A DNA stretch of 30,570 bases from Pseudobacteriovorax sp. (GTDB lineage: Bacteria > Bdellovibrionota_B > Oligoflexia > Oligoflexales > Oligoflexaceae). This document shows positions 8,315-18,747 of this stretch, in pieces (the first letter of the stretch is position 1; each line of letters starts with the position of its first letter). The notes beneath the pieces are model-generated. The model was not told the DNA's origin. It saw nothing but the letters and a program-made list of their open reading frames with translations, and ran no database searches. The DNA is taken from the NCBI GenBank assembly GCA_050293845.1, contig JBNKNM010000048.1:1-30570 (forward strand), read 5' to 3'. Position numbers and translations under genes: made by a program.

Positions 8315-9127
8315 TTAGATGTGGAGAACACCTTTGGCTACAGGAAATATAAATGCCTCCCACCTATTTCTTTCAGATCCATAGATGTTATCAAAAAGCT
8401 CTAAAGCTACTTCATTCCAAGCTTGACCTGCTCGAGTATGGGCTACTATATCACTACCAATGGTTTGCTTCATAACTATTCTACTTACAGTATCGTCGAA
8501 TGGAATGGTGCCAATGATTCGAATTTCTTTTTTTAAAAATCTTTGCGCTACTTCGGCGATCCTTGATCCAATCTTTAATCCCTGCTCTTTATTAACTACT
8601 TGGTTTATTAACAAATTGATGGAAGGAACTTCATATTTTTCCACCATTACTTTTATGAAAGCATATGCGTCAGTCATCGCATGTGGCTCAGGTGTCGTCA
8701 CTACTATGATTTCATCTGCAACTGAATTTAAATGCAATACAGTTTCATTTATACCAGCACCGGTATCGATAATAATGACATCATAATTATTGCTTAGGTC
8801 TTCTAGCTGATCCAGAATACTCACCCTCTGAGAGAGAGATAGGTTTGCAAGTCCTGATAATCCAGAGCCAGTTGGTATGATTTCAATCCCTAGAGGGCCC
8901 TGTAAGATAATATCTCGAAGCGCAACTGATCCATGAATAACATCATTAATATTGTACCTGGGTCTAAGTCCTAGCACAACATCCACATTAGCCATCCCTA
9001 AGTCTCCATCTAGAATGAGAACTCGGTGACTTTGTCTTCTTGCGGATAATGCTAAATTCACTGATGTAAGAGTTTTTCCAACTCCCCCTTTTCCACTGGC
9101 AACACTTACTATCTTGGGATTTTTCAT
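8315..9127 (-). CDS. flhG: MinD-like ATPase FlhG/FleN
   Basis: Deviant Walker A SGKGGVGKT, DGDLGMANVD, IIDTGAGI and TTPEPHAMTDAYA; located between flhF and fliA. Confidence 0.93.
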   Translation of the reverse strand: MKNPKIVSVASGKGGVGKTLTSVNLALSARRQSHRVLILDGDLGMANVDVVLGLRPRYNINDVIHGSVALRDIILQGPLGIEIIPTGSGLSGLANLSLSQRVSILDQLEDLSNNYDVIIIDTGAGINETVLHLNSVADEIIVVTTPEPHAMTDAYAFIKVMVEKYEVPSINLLINQVVNKEQGLKIGSRIAEVAQRFLKKEIRIIGTIPFDDTVSRIVMKQTIGSDIVAHTRAGQAWNEVALELFDNIYGSERNRWEAFIFPVAKGVLHI

Positions 9128-9135
9128 GAATCAAC

Positions 9136-10323
9136 CTATAATCCAATAATGCGTTCAATCACTCTTTCTCGAGATGCTTTCTCAAGATCCTCGGGAATAC
9201 GATATCCAATGCCAAACCAACTTAACGGTATACCCCACCTATCCATTGCATTATATACTTCACCATAGGAACAGCTTTCATCCATTTTGGTAAACAATAA
9301 ACTGCTGATTCCCACTTTTGAAAAGCTTCGAATAACTCTTTCTACCTGACTTTTTTGATCCGTCATGGAAAGCACTAAATGAAAGCGAATATTGGCGTTA
9401 TTTTCTTTAAATTCACATAGTTCATCAATGCCTTTAGCTATTTTCGGGCTACGCCCCCCCGTATCTACAAGAATCATATCTGCTTCAGCGTATTGGTTTG
9501 CTATTCCATCTAATTCCGAAACATTTGACATTTTCACAAAAGGCACATCTAAGACCTTAGCAGAAAGCCTCATCTGTTCAGTAGAACCCAAACGATGATT
9601 ATCAAAACCAACAATAACTACCTGTTTTTTTTCTTTCTTGATGAAGTATGATGCTAATTTTGCAACCATGGAGCTTTTACCAACTCCAGTTGGCCCCATG
9701 ATCACATGAATCTGGTTTTCACCTTCCATATGATTCCACTGTTGTGAAATACGTATTCTTTTCATGAACCAACGAATAGTATGCTTTTGATAATATTCAA
9801 AAATATCTTCATTTTTGCTTGCCTGCTCCGGCAATGATTTAAGAAATTTGACTACATGTGAAATTGAGCTTTCATTAACATTCATTATTTTAAGCTGCTT
9901 TATCATATTACTAATAGGTTCGTTGACTCCGCGAAATATTGAGTCTGATTTTCTTGACAAATAGTCGACAACTAAAGTTCTGACTTCTTCAATGGAAGAC
10001 TCTATGGCAATAAGGTGCTCTCGTTTCAATGATTTTTCATAAATATCTTCCAATTTATCTGAAAAGACATCTAATTTTCTCTGCCAATTTATGATCTCTG
10101 CACTATCAATATTCATATAGGATTTATCAGCTCCACTAGCACCATACTTATTATTTCTATTAAATTTTTTCCCTGGTGCTGCTGTAATTTCAAACAATTT
10201 CCCCTGATTCAATCGATTAGCTTTTTGCTTTGTTTCTAATATTATAGCATCTGAACCAAAGGTATCTTTAACCTGTTTTATAGCTTCTTTCATCGAATTT
10301 GCTTCAAATGTTCTAATCTCCAT
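9136..10323 (-). CDS. flhF: SRP-type GTPase FlhF
   Basis: N-terminal FEANSMKEAIKQVK…G.DAIIL, G1 GPTGVGKS, G3 DTGG and G4 TKMD; follows flhA. Confidence 0.93.
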   Translation of the reverse strand: MEIRTFEANSMKEAIKQVKDTFGSDAIILETKQKANRLNQGKLFEITAAPGKKFNRNNKYGASGADKSYMNIDSAEIINWQRKLDVFSDKLEDIYEKSLKREHLIAIESSIEEVRTLVVDYLSRKSDSIFRGVNEPISNMIKQLKIMNVNESSISHVVKFLKSLPEQASKNEDIFEYYQKHTIRWFMKRIRISQQWNHMEGENQIHVIMGPTGVGKSSMVAKLASYFIKKEKKQVVIVGFDNHRLGSTEQMRLSAKVLDVPFVKMSNVSELDGIANQYAEADMILVDTGGRSPKIAKGIDELCEFKENNANIRFHLVLSMTDQKSQVERVIRSFSKVGISSLLFTKMDESCSYGEVYNAMDRWGIPLSWFGIGYRIPEDLEKASRERVIERIIGL

Positions 10324-10332
10324 ATTTCCTCG

Positions 10333-12429
10333 CTACATAGTAACAATACCAATAGACTTAGTAGAGACGCCTTGCGGTATTTCGTCAAATGCAAGAACAG
10401 TGACTCCAGGAATAAACCGATTGATAAGTTGCTTTAAATCCCATCTAATAAGAGACCCGCAGAGTATTATAGGTTGATTGCCACTCACCTGAAATTGTTC
10501 TAGTGTATTTGCTATACTGCTTAAAATCTTCTGAGCAATTTCTGGATCAATCTGCAGAGAGGAAGATCCATCCTCGTGGTGCTGTAATCCCGATACGAGA
10601 AGATCCTCCACAGCTCTATCTAGAGTAACCACCACGAGTTGATTTTCGATATCAAGGTACTTTTTGATAATACCACGACCCAGTGACTTACGTACATATC
10701 TGGTCAATATCTCGGTATTCTTGATAGTGCGGCAATGATCCGCAAGAGTTTCGAATATTGTAAGTAAATCCCGTATATTAACTCTTTCTTCAAGTAGATT
10801 CTGAAGCACCTTCACCACGTCCCCTAAGGCCAGCCTATCACTGCCGATAACCTCCTCGACAACCTTCGGATATTCGTCCCTTAAGCTATCAATTAAGCTC
10901 TGCACATCTTGGCGACCAATGAGTTCACTGGCATATTCTTCTATTAATTTCGTAAGATGTGTAACGATGACCGTTGCACAATTAACAACAGTATATCCAC
11001 GGAACGTAGCCTCTTCCTTTAAACTTTGTTTGACCCATATCGCATCAAGTCCGTAAGCCGGTTCTTTACCAGGGACTCCTTCGATTTTTTCCAGAACATC
11101 ACCCGGGTCCATAGCCAAAAGGTAATCGACCATAAGATTGCCTCTTCCTATTATGTTACCTTTAAGAAGAATTTGATATTCACCTGGTTTCAGTTGAATA
11201 TTATCCCGCACCATGACCATAGGTACGACTATGCCAAGCTCTTGTGCAAATTGCTTCCTTGTCGATATAATTCTTTCTAAAACTTCACCATCTTGCTTGC
11301 TATCAACTAAAGGTATAAGCCCCACTCCAACTTCTAATGCCAATTGATCGACATGCAGCAATGATTCAATACTATCACCGGACTCTATCTCCTCTTGTTG
11401 CTTTTTTTCTTTTATAAGAGCTTCTTCTTCGTGTTTAACAAGCTGCTGTTGTGCATACCTTGCTACGACCATACATAATAATGAAAGAACCGAAAAAGGA
11501 ATTATTGGCATTCCAGGGACAATTCCCAATAAAAATAATATGCCGCCGCAAATATATAACGCACGAGGATGGTTTAATATCTGTTGATTAATTTTATGAC
11601 TAAGCCCTGACTCTTCTCCTCCTGCTCTAGTAACTACAATACCTGCAGCAGTTGATATCACCAAAGCAGGTATTTGTGATACGAGCCCGTCGCCAACAGT
11701 TAGTAGGGTAAATACTTGCGCAGCATTAGAAAAGTTCATGTCATAAATAACGACGCCAACTATCAGTCCCACAATAATATTTATTGCTGTAATAATAATT
11801 CCGGCTACAGCATCACCTCTTACAAATTTTGATGCACCATCCATGGCACCATAAAAATCCGCTTGATTCTCTATTTTTGATCGTCTTTTTCTAGCCTCTT
11901 TTTTATCAATAAGCCCGGCATTTAATTCGGCATCAATAGCCATCTGTTTACCCGGCATGGCATCTAAAGTAAACCTTGCTCCTACTTCAGCGACACGCCC
12001 CGCACCTTTTGTTATTACAATAAAGTTAATAATGACGAGTATTGCAAAAATTACAAACCCAACAAAATAGTTACCACCCACAACAAAATCACCAAATGCA
12101 CTGATAACAGCACTCACCTGACCAGTAGGGGCATCTAGAAGGATACTCCTTGTAGTCGCAACATTAAGGCTAAGACGAAGTAGTGTTGTAATCAAAAGTA
12201 CAGTGGGGAATGTCGAAAAATCTAAGGGTTCTTTTACATAGATCGACACCAACAATACAATAAAGGATACAGCAATAGAAATGGAAAGGAAAAAATCTAA
12301 TATCAAAGGAGGTAACGGCAATACCATGGTAAGGATAATTCCAAACATACCCACTGCAAATTGAATATCAGGTGTTTTTATTAAATTGAGTACTGTCTGA
12401 CTATTACTGTTCGTATTTCCTGCTGCCAT
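10333..12429 (-). CDS. flhA: Flagellar export gate protein FlhA
   Basis: FHIPEP motif RVAEVGARFTLDAMPGKQMAIDAELNAG and FYGAMDGASKFVRGDA. Confidence 0.98.
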   Translation of the reverse strand: MAAGNTNSNSQTVLNLIKTPDIQFAVGMFGIILTMVLPLPPLILDFFLSISIAVSFIVLLVSIYVKEPLDFSTFPTVLLITTLLRLSLNVATTRSILLDAPTGQVSAVISAFGDFVVGGNYFVGFVIFAILVIINFIVITKGAGRVAEVGARFTLDAMPGKQMAIDAELNAGLIDKKEARKRRSKIENQADFYGAMDGASKFVRGDAVAGIIITAINIIVGLIVGVVIYDMNFSNAAQVFTLLTVGDGLVSQIPALVISTAAGIVVTRAGGEESGLSHKINQQILNHPRALYICGGILFLLGIVPGMPIIPFSVLSLLCMVVARYAQQQLVKHEEEALIKEKKQQEEIESGDSIESLLHVDQLALEVGVGLIPLVDSKQDGEVLERIISTRKQFAQELGIVVPMVMVRDNIQLKPGEYQILLKGNIIGRGNLMVDYLLAMDPGDVLEKIEGVPGKEPAYGLDAIWVKQSLKEEATFRGYTVVNCATVIVTHLTKLIEEYASELIGRQDVQSLIDSLRDEYPKVVEEVIGSDRLALGDVVKVLQNLLEERVNIRDLLTIFETLADHCRTIKNTEILTRYVRKSLGRGIIKKYLDIENQLVVVTLDRAVEDLLVSGLQHHEDGSSSLQIDPEIAQKILSSIANTLEQFQVSGNQPIILCGSLIRWDLKQLINRFIPGVTVLAFDEIPQGVSTKSIGIVTM

Positions 12430-12444
12430 GTATTTTCCTAATAA

Positions 12445-13515
12445 TTAAATCTTTTTATTCTTTATCATGAAAACATAGCGAATGATTTCTGATACTGCTT
12501 TGTATAAAGACTCAGGAATTTCTTGACCCACCTTTACAATCTTAAAAAGAGTTCTTGCCAATGGCTTATTTTCAACGATTGGCACACTATTATCTTTTGC
12601 TACCTCTTTCATTTTCATGGCTACAAGCTCTTTTCCTTTAGCCACTACAATGGGAGCCGTCATACCTATTTCATATTTTAAAGCCACAGCATAGTGCGTT
12701 GGATTTGTAACTACAACTGTAGCTGATTGAGTCGCTTTCACTGCTTTTGCCATAGAAATATCTTTTTGCATCCTCTTCATGCGAGCTTTTATATGCGGAT
12801 CAGCTTCACGCTTCTTATACTCCTCCTTTACTTCCTGTTTTGTCATTTTCAGCTGTTTTTCCATTTTCATAAAATTATATATATAATCCAATCCGGCAAT
12901 CAGCAGCAACATACCCGCCACTGAATAGAAAAGCATTTCTGTGATTTTACCCCAGTATAGCCAAGCTTTTACTACAGGGTACTGCATGATACCAGGAACT
13001 TTTGACCACTCGCTATATAGTATTAAATAGGCAACCAGAGCCACAGAGCTCATCTTACCAAGACCTTTACCTAGCTCAACGACAGCCTGACTGCTGAACA
13101 TGCGCATGATCCCTGTCAGTGGATTCATGCGTTTAAAATCTGGTTTAAGTCTGCTAATGGAAAAATTAAACTTGGTCTGAAAGAATGTTATAGATATGGC
13201 AATGACACTTCCTACTATAAAAAATGGTATCGTCAGCTTTAGAAAGACTAGTAAATGGTCTTCCATATGTGACTGAAATTCATAGGGCGTGATTTTGTGA
13301 GAACGTAAGTTATAAAAACTCTTCTTCAGATAATCTTGCAGGTCTGATTGCATATACATAAGATAAAATGATATCAGAACGACAATGCCAAACAATACGA
13401 AAACAGACGTAATTTCACGTGATACAGCTATTTGTCCTTTCTTACGAAATTCTTCTCTACGCTCCGGTGTCGCTTCCTCGGTACGGTCATCATTTTCTTG
13501 TCCGGTTTCTGCCAT
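12445..13515 (-). CDS. flhB: Flagellar export switch protein FlhB
   Basis: RTEEATP N-terminus, KMTKQEVKEEYK and intact NPTH autocleavage site. Confidence 0.97.
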   Translation of the reverse strand: MAETGQENDDRTEEATPERREEFRKKGQIAVSREITSVFVLFGIVVLISFYLMYMQSDLQDYLKKSFYNLRSHKITPYEFQSHMEDHLLVFLKLTIPFFIVGSVIAISITFFQTKFNFSISRLKPDFKRMNPLTGIMRMFSSQAVVELGKGLGKMSSVALVAYLILYSEWSKVPGIMQYPVVKAWLYWGKITEMLFYSVAGMLLLIAGLDYIYNFMKMEKQLKMTKQEVKEEYKKREADPHIKARMKRMQKDISMAKAVKATQSATVVVTNPTHYAVALKYEIGMTAPIVVAKGKELVAMKMKEVAKDNSVPIVENKPLARTLFKIVKVGQEIPESLYKAVSEIIRYVFMIKNKKI

Positions 13516-13524
13516 GAAGACCTC

Positions 13525-14307
13525 TTACGGAGACAGCCATCTTAGCGACTGCAGAATTTGTGAATAGTTTTCACCAAATTTTAGTCGTATCATTTGTGGA
13601 AAATAGGGTAATGATGCAACATAAATTAGTAAGCCTATAAAAAAACTTGTTGGAAAGCTCATTGTAAAAATATTAATTTGCGGTACTGTTCTTGCCACTA
13701 AGCCAAGAGCTGCCATAGTAAACATTAACGCTACTAGTACTGGGGACGAGAGCTGAACAGATACTGAAAAAACAGAAGTCGTGACATCGATTAATAAGGT
13801 TCCTAGCTCACCCTTGCTACTAGCTAAGCCACAGGGAATATAACGAAAGCTAGTAATTATGGCTTCAATATAGTTATGATGGAGGTTCAGTGATAAAAAA
13901 ACTAACATGAGAACAATACGGTGGAGGGCTGTAAATGAATTCATTTGTATGTTGGCATCGGGCACCAAGAGATTAGCAGTTCCAAACCCCATTTGATAAC
14001 CAACTATACTAGCTGCCATTATGATTCCATCAAAAAACAAACGACTGACAAAACCGATAACCAAGCCTACTAGTAATTCCTTAACAATTAGCAATAGCAG
14101 ACCCATCAAGCTGTCAGGCATGCCTTCCCCAAACCATTGGGGCATTATCACGGGATAAATCACAAAGGCTAGAGCCACAGCAAGCAGAATCCTGACCCGG
14201 ACAGGAGTTGGCTCATCTCCGATAATTGGCAGTGTAAATAATATACCTGATATTCTTAAAAAGATTACAGCACCAGCTAAAGCAACATTATAGGGCAGGT
14301 CAAACAT
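13525..14307 (-). CDS. fliR: Flagellar export protein FliR
   Basis: Polytopic membrane protein with FLRISG, GYQMGFG and ARTVPQINIF; lies between fliQ and flhB. Confidence 0.95.
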   Translation of the reverse strand: MFDLPYNVALAGAVIFLRISGILFTLPIIGDEPTPVRVRILLAVALAFVIYPVIMPQWFGEGMPDSLMGLLLLIVKELLVGLVIGFVSRLFFDGIIMAASIVGYQMGFGTANLLVPDANIQMNSFTALHRIVLMLVFLSLNLHHNYIEAIITSFRYIPCGLASSKGELGTLLIDVTTSVFSVSVQLSSPVLVALMFTMAALGLVARTVPQINIFTMSFPTSFFIGLLIYVASLPYFPQMIRLKFGENYSQILQSLRWLSP

Positions 14308-14577
14308 TTAACGACTCAAATGAGGGATGGCTTTTAAAAGAGCTTCTGTAAATTCTATCATCAACCGCATAACCCATGGTCCAAAGACAACAATCGCTAA
14401 AGTAATAGCCAAAACTTTTGGTATGAATGACAAAGTTTGTTCATTGATTTGTGTAGCAGCCTGAAAAACAGAAACCAGCAACCCCATAAATAATGTCGCC
14501 AGTAAAGCAGGTGCAGCTACCTGTATTGCCAGCCATATGGTTTTCCATGCGAGATCCATTACCATTTCTTCTGACAT
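14308..14577 (-). CDS. fliQ: Flagellar export protein FliQ
   Basis: GLLVSVFQAATQINEQTLSFIPK motif; 89 aa. Confidence 0.97.
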   Translation of the reverse strand: MSEEMVMDLAWKTIWLAIQVAAPALLATLFMGLLVSVFQAATQINEQTLSFIPKVLAITLAIVVFGPWVMRLMIEFTEALLKAIPHLSR

Positions 14578-14584
14578 ATATCAC

Positions 14585-15340
14585 CTATACCACATTAAAA
14601 CTTCTTACAAGAGATTCGACTATCAAAGACCAGCCATCAACTAATACAAATAACACCAGCTTAAATGGTAAAGATACAACAGTTGGTGGCAACATCATCA
14701 TACCCATAGCCATCAACACAGAAGAGATCACCATATCAATAACTAAAAAGGGCAAATAGATCAGAAAGCCTATTTGAAATGCTGTTTTTAATTCAGAGAT
14801 TACAAAAGCAGGTATGATCACTCGCAAGGGAACATCATCTATTGAAGCTGGTTTAGGTAAGTTAGCAACACGCATTAGCATACCTAGATCGTCTTCCCTT
14901 GTCTCGCTAATCATAAACTTTCTTATTGGTTCAATAATTTCATCAACTGCCTGAGATTGCGTAATCGCTTTCGCGAGATAGGGAGTAATTCCTCTTTCAT
15001 TAATTCTATCGATAATAGGCCCCATGGTAAAAAGAGTCAAAAACAGAGATAGACCCACAATAACTTGATTAGGAGGCATTGTTTGCGTACCTAGCGCTTG
15101 CCTTATAAAACTTAGTACGACTAATATTCTTGTAAACGATGTCATCATTAACAGTATCGCTGGAGCCACAGCTAGAATCGTTAAGATAGAGACAATCTTA
15201 ACGGCGGGAACAAAAGCTTCGGGATCGTCCGTTTCATAAAGGTTTAGTTCGATAGTAGGCATTTTAGTCTGAGAAAATGCTTCTTGGCATGGTTCCAAAT
15301 ATAATATCAATAATCCTAAAATAAGAAGTATTTTCCTCAT
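14585..15340 (-). CDS. fliP: Flagellar export protein FliP
   Basis: MMTSFTRI, PPNQV, PAFVISELKTAFQIGF and LPFKLVLFVLVDGW. ATG 15340 has a GAGGT RBS; the alternative start is 15355. Confidence 0.97.
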   Translation of the reverse strand: MRKILLILGLLILYLEPCQEAFSQTKMPTIELNLYETDDPEAFVPAVKIVSILTILAVAPAILLMMTSFTRILVVLSFIRQALGTQTMPPNQVIVGLSLFLTLFTMGPIIDRINERGITPYLAKAITQSQAVDEIIEPIRKFMISETREDDLGMLMRVANLPKPASIDDVPLRVIIPAFVISELKTAFQIGFLIYLPFLVIDMVISSVLMAMGMMMLPPTVVSLPFKLVLFVLVDGWSLIVESLVRSFNVV

Positions 15341-15347
15341 AAATACC

Positions 15348-16454
15348 TCAAACATTAGGCAGATTTTTTAATTTTCGGCGGATAAGATTTGTAACATCTT
15401 CAATTGACTTTTGATCTCCAACCACTTCTTTGGTACTACGATTATCTTTTACATGACTATCCATATCACTTTTGTTTAATTTAGTGTAAGGATTCGGTTT
15501 TTTTTCTGGATTTAGAGTTTTTGCTTTTATGGATTCAATTTTAGTACTTTCTTTATAGTTTTGATTTGTTTGTGGCAGAGTAGGGTTGTGAATAGGCTGA
15601 GCATGCTGATAGGGAAGGCTGGTAGCATTATTTTCTTTGTTAATTTCTGTAAGGTAATTAATGTTTTCAGGACTCACACCAAGCAACAGCTTTTGTTTTC
15701 CTACTTCAATTAAGGTTAATTTTTGCTTTGGGCTTATGGGATATGTCGCCAATGTCTTCATTGTAATTTTTGAATCTAAAGAGGGCATGACTCCCGTACG
15801 ACTAGCCACACGCCTAAACAATAATAAAGACACAAAACCAACTAAAAGAATAGCCAAAAATACTGTAATGTAGATTAACTTATCTTTTATAGTTGCATCG
15901 ATCATAGGAGAATTTTGAAAATCAGTGGTTTCTGTTTTGGTTTTATTAGAATCATTTTTTGCACGAACAAGCTGTTTTGCAGGATCACTGATATCATTCC
16001 TCACTTTTACTTTTTTTACAACGTCTTCGACATCGGGCACTCCCGTAAGTGGAGGAGGAACCGTTTTATGATCTAAATAAATAAGAATTCTTCCTTTTAA
16101 TACCTGGCTAGTAAGAGAATTTAACAGCGTTTTGGGGTCCTGGGTGGGGAACATTCTCAGTCCAATAGTATTGCCATCAATCTTAAACAATGCCACTTTT
16201 CTAAAAAATGGTGAGTTACCATCAATAAATTTTCCTATTTCAGGGGAGGTACTTTGAGGGATTACAAGCTGTACAAAAGTACTATGTACTTCGAAAGAAC
16301 TTATTTTATCTACCTCTTTACCTTTAACTTTGAGAGTAATCAAACTCGACTCTTCATCGGATTCTGTTGTCATTTGATGGATAACAGCTAAGTTAGCTGC
16401 CTGCAGAGTATATGAATATGCAAAAAATAATATCATTATTCTTGTGAATAGCAT
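15348..16454 (-). CDS. fliO: FliO family protein with long N-terminal exported domain
   Basis: Position between fliN and fliP; TM helix followed by the FliO motif ISPKQKLTLIEVGKQKLLLGVSPENINYL; signal-peptide-like N-terminus. Confidence 0.85.
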   Translation of the reverse strand: MLFTRIMILFFAYSYTLQAANLAVIHQMTTESDEESSLITLKVKGKEVDKISSFEVHSTFVQLVIPQSTSPEIGKFIDGNSPFFRKVALFKIDGNTIGLRMFPTQDPKTLLNSLTSQVLKGRILIYLDHKTVPPPLTGVPDVEDVVKKVKVRNDISDPAKQLVRAKNDSNKTKTETTDFQNSPMIDATIKDKLIYITVFLAILLVGFVSLLLFRRVASRTGVMPSLDSKITMKTLATYPISPKQKLTLIEVGKQKLLLGVSPENINYLTEINKENNATSLPYQHAQPIHNPTLPQTNQNYKESTKIESIKAKTLNPEKKPNPYTKLNKSDMDSHVKDNRSTKEVVGDQKSIEDVTNLIRRKLKNLPNV

Positions 16455-16463
16455 GGAGACCTC

Positions 16464-16886
16464 CTATGTATCTTGTTGGCTAATGTCACCTAAACCGAAC
16501 TGCGATACTACATCAGTAAGTCGCACACCGAATTTTTCGTTAACAACGACGACCTCACCCATAGCAACAAGCTTATCATTAATTAAAATCTCCATAGGCT
16601 CTCCAGCGATTTTATCTAACTCAATAACAGAGCCTTGACCAAGTTGCAGAAGATCATTGACCAGCATTTTGGTTCTTCCTAGCTCTACGGACACCTTTAA
16701 AGGGACATCGAGAATCATTTTTAATTTTGAAAAATCAGTTCTCGCAAGCCTAGAATCTTCTGCGGTCATAATCACATTTTTATCATCGTCACCAGAGCCA
16801 GACTTTTCACCTGACGCCTGCGCTAATGCATCATCAAAGTCACTACCTAATCCAAAATCTTCTGCATTTAAATCATCATTTGCCAT
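16464..16886 (-). CDS. fliN: Flagellar motor switch protein FliN
   Basis: SpoA domain [15 protein letters not shown]…[13 protein letters not shown]. Confidence 0.97.
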   Translation of the reverse strand: MANDDLNAEDFGLGSDFDDALAQASGEKSGSGDDDKNVIMTAEDSRLARTDFSKLKMILDVPLKVSVELGRTKMLVNDLLQLGQGSVIELDKIAGEPMEILINDKLVAMGEVVVVNEKFGVRLTDVVSQFGLGDISQQDT

Positions 16887-16899
16887 ACTCTCATCCTAC

Positions 16900-17883
16900 C
16901 TATATATCGAACATAGATTCAGTAACTCGAATAGCTCTATTTCCTTTTAGCAATCCAGGTATCCCTTTAAACTTAGGAATTCCTTCTACAAGCACACTCA
17001 AGGGCATCGTCGCATCGGAATCTAATTGAATGATATCACCAATTTCTAAATTTAGCAGATCACGCATCTGGATATTTGCTTCTCCCAGTTTTACAACCAA
17101 GTTTGCCGTTGTTTGCATTACTTGTTCTTTGACCCTATTTATCCAAATGAAATCCACTTCCAGCTGCTCACTCTGAAAGCCAACACTTAACTTGGATTTA
17201 ATAGGCTCTAAAGTTGAATAGGGGATTACTATTTTTATAGTACCTGATACTTTTTCCAGTTCAACATCGAAGGTCGTGGCAATCACTACATCGGAGGGAG
17301 GGACCACAGCTACAAACTGTGGATTAATTTCTGTCCTACTGTAGCCAATTTTTAATGGATATACAGGTTCCCATGCTTTTTCTAGATCATCTATTGCAGA
17401 CATTACAACGCGACGTGCAATTTTAATTTCGATTTGCGTGAAATCTTTTCCTTCTATTTTCGTGTAGGGCACATCATTACCACCGAAAAAACTGTCCACA
17501 AGAGCGTACAAAAGCTTTGATTCAATAACCATTACTGCAGCACCGCGCAACGGATCAAGACGTAGGATATTTAAGCATGAAGGCAATGGTAGGGAATTCA
17601 TAAATTCAGAAAATTTTAATGGACCAGTTGAGTTCACACTGAGGTTAGCCATCTTCCTCAGTGAATTCGAAAGGGTAACACGAAACAGACGAATGAACCT
17701 ATCATGAATAATATCCAAGGTCGGCATCCGACCACGGATAATGCGATCTTGATTGGCGAGATCATACTGGACGACCCCCCCCTGAAGCCCTTCTTCACCC
17801 CCTTCATCATCTGAGTCCACTCTATTGTCTGAAACCGCCGAAAGTAGTGCATCAACTTCGCTTTGAGATAAAACTTGACTCAT
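16900..17883 (-). CDS. fliM: Flagellar motor switch protein FliM
   Basis: N-terminal CheY-P-binding peptide LSQSEVDALL, GG motif (SFFGG), EINPQF and C-terminal SpoA domain. Confidence 0.97.
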   Translation of the reverse strand: MSQVLSQSEVDALLSAVSDNRVDSDDEGGEEGLQGGVVQYDLANQDRIIRGRMPTLDIIHDRFIRLFRVTLSNSLRKMANLSVNSTGPLKFSEFMNSLPLPSCLNILRLDPLRGAAVMVIESKLLYALVDSFFGGNDVPYTKIEGKDFTQIEIKIARRVVMSAIDDLEKAWEPVYPLKIGYSRTEINPQFVAVVPPSDVVIATTFDVELEKVSGTIKIVIPYSTLEPIKSKLSVGFQSEQLEVDFIWINRVKEQVMQTTANLVVKLGEANIQMRDLLNLEIGDIIQLDSDATMPLSVLVEGIPKFKGIPGLLKGNRAIRVTESMFDI

Positions 17884-17893
17884 TAAGGCTTCC

Positions 17894-18559
17894 TTATTCG
17901 ATTAGTATGTCCGTAATATATACAGCTTCAATTTTTTGCTTCATATATCGATTAATACGAATGAGAATTTCTTTCCTTAAAGCATCCTTCCCATCAGGAG
18001 CTAATAGAAACTCCCGTGTTTTCCGACTAACGACGGATATCACAGCATCCCGCAGTTGCGGCAACCTTTTTTGAATTTCTTTCTTTTGCTTTTCTCCCCC
18101 CACATACTCTAAAGTGACTTCCATTCTTACAAATCTATTTTCAAGCGCGTTACCTAGATTTAAATTGAACGTTTTCATAGCAAAAGTATCACCGAACTCA
18201 ATGCCTAGATCTTCTTCTTTTTTGGGTATAGAAATTGTTTCCGTACCTGACTGCGATTTATCATTTTCAGATTTTGCTTCTTTCTCACTGCTTTCTTCAC
18301 CTTTTTCTGATACTCGTTCTTTATTTTCTACTTCATTGTTTGTGTGAGATTCTTCTCCCCCGACTATTTCGCCTTCGCTCTGATTTTCAACCTTATCTCC
18401 ACCACTTAACAAGAACATTGCAGCAAATCCCCCTCCCCCAACTAGGAGGAGGGCTATAATTGCAATGATGATTAGCTTTTTTTTCCCACCGCTCTTTTCT
18501 TCAGCAGCAGCATTTTCATTATCTTCAGATTTTTTCGCGGCAGCTTCTTCATCGGCCAT
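17894..18559 (-). CDS. fliL: Flagellar basal body-associated protein FliL
   Basis: KKKLIII TM anchor with GGGG, acidic linker, FNLNL, PQLRDAVI and GKDALRKEI; RBS AGGAGG at 18568-18573. Confidence 0.93.
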   Translation of the reverse strand: MADEEAAAKKSEDNENAAAEEKSGGKKKLIIIAIIALLLVGGGGFAAMFLLSGGDKVENQSEGEIVGGEESHTNNEVENKERVSEKGEESSEKEAKSENDKSQSGTETISIPKKEEDLGIEFGDTFAMKTFNLNLGNALENRFVRMEVTLEYVGGEKQKKEIQKRLPQLRDAVISVVSRKTREFLLAPDGKDALRKEILIRINRYMKQKIEAVYITDILIE

Positions 18560-18588
18560 AGATAATTCCTCCTATCGCAACTGTTCAT

Positions 18589-18604
18589 TTCAAGATAAGT
18601 GCCA
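18589..18604 (-). promoter_or_regulatory. sigma54 (-24/-12) promoter of the fliL operon
   Basis: Minus strand TGGCAC-TTATC-TTGAA: perfect -24 element, exact GG-N10 spacing, and -12 GA instead of GC; 29 nt upstream of the fliL ATG. Confidence 0.75.
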
Positions 18605-18747
18605 TTTTTGTGGCAAACTTATTTTTGGTTTTTTCTAAAAATATGGCTGTAATCGGGGAGATCTTGCATTTATGACGCATCCTAGCCAGGAAGGAGTTCA
18701 GATGATTGGAGCTTTTCACTTTTTATAATGTATGATTAAAATTCGTG

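Noticed and set aside
18681..18702. CCAGGAAGGAG resembling the SRP RNA loop
   Set aside because: Lacks the flanking CAGG/AGCAG internal loop and the long enclosing stem.
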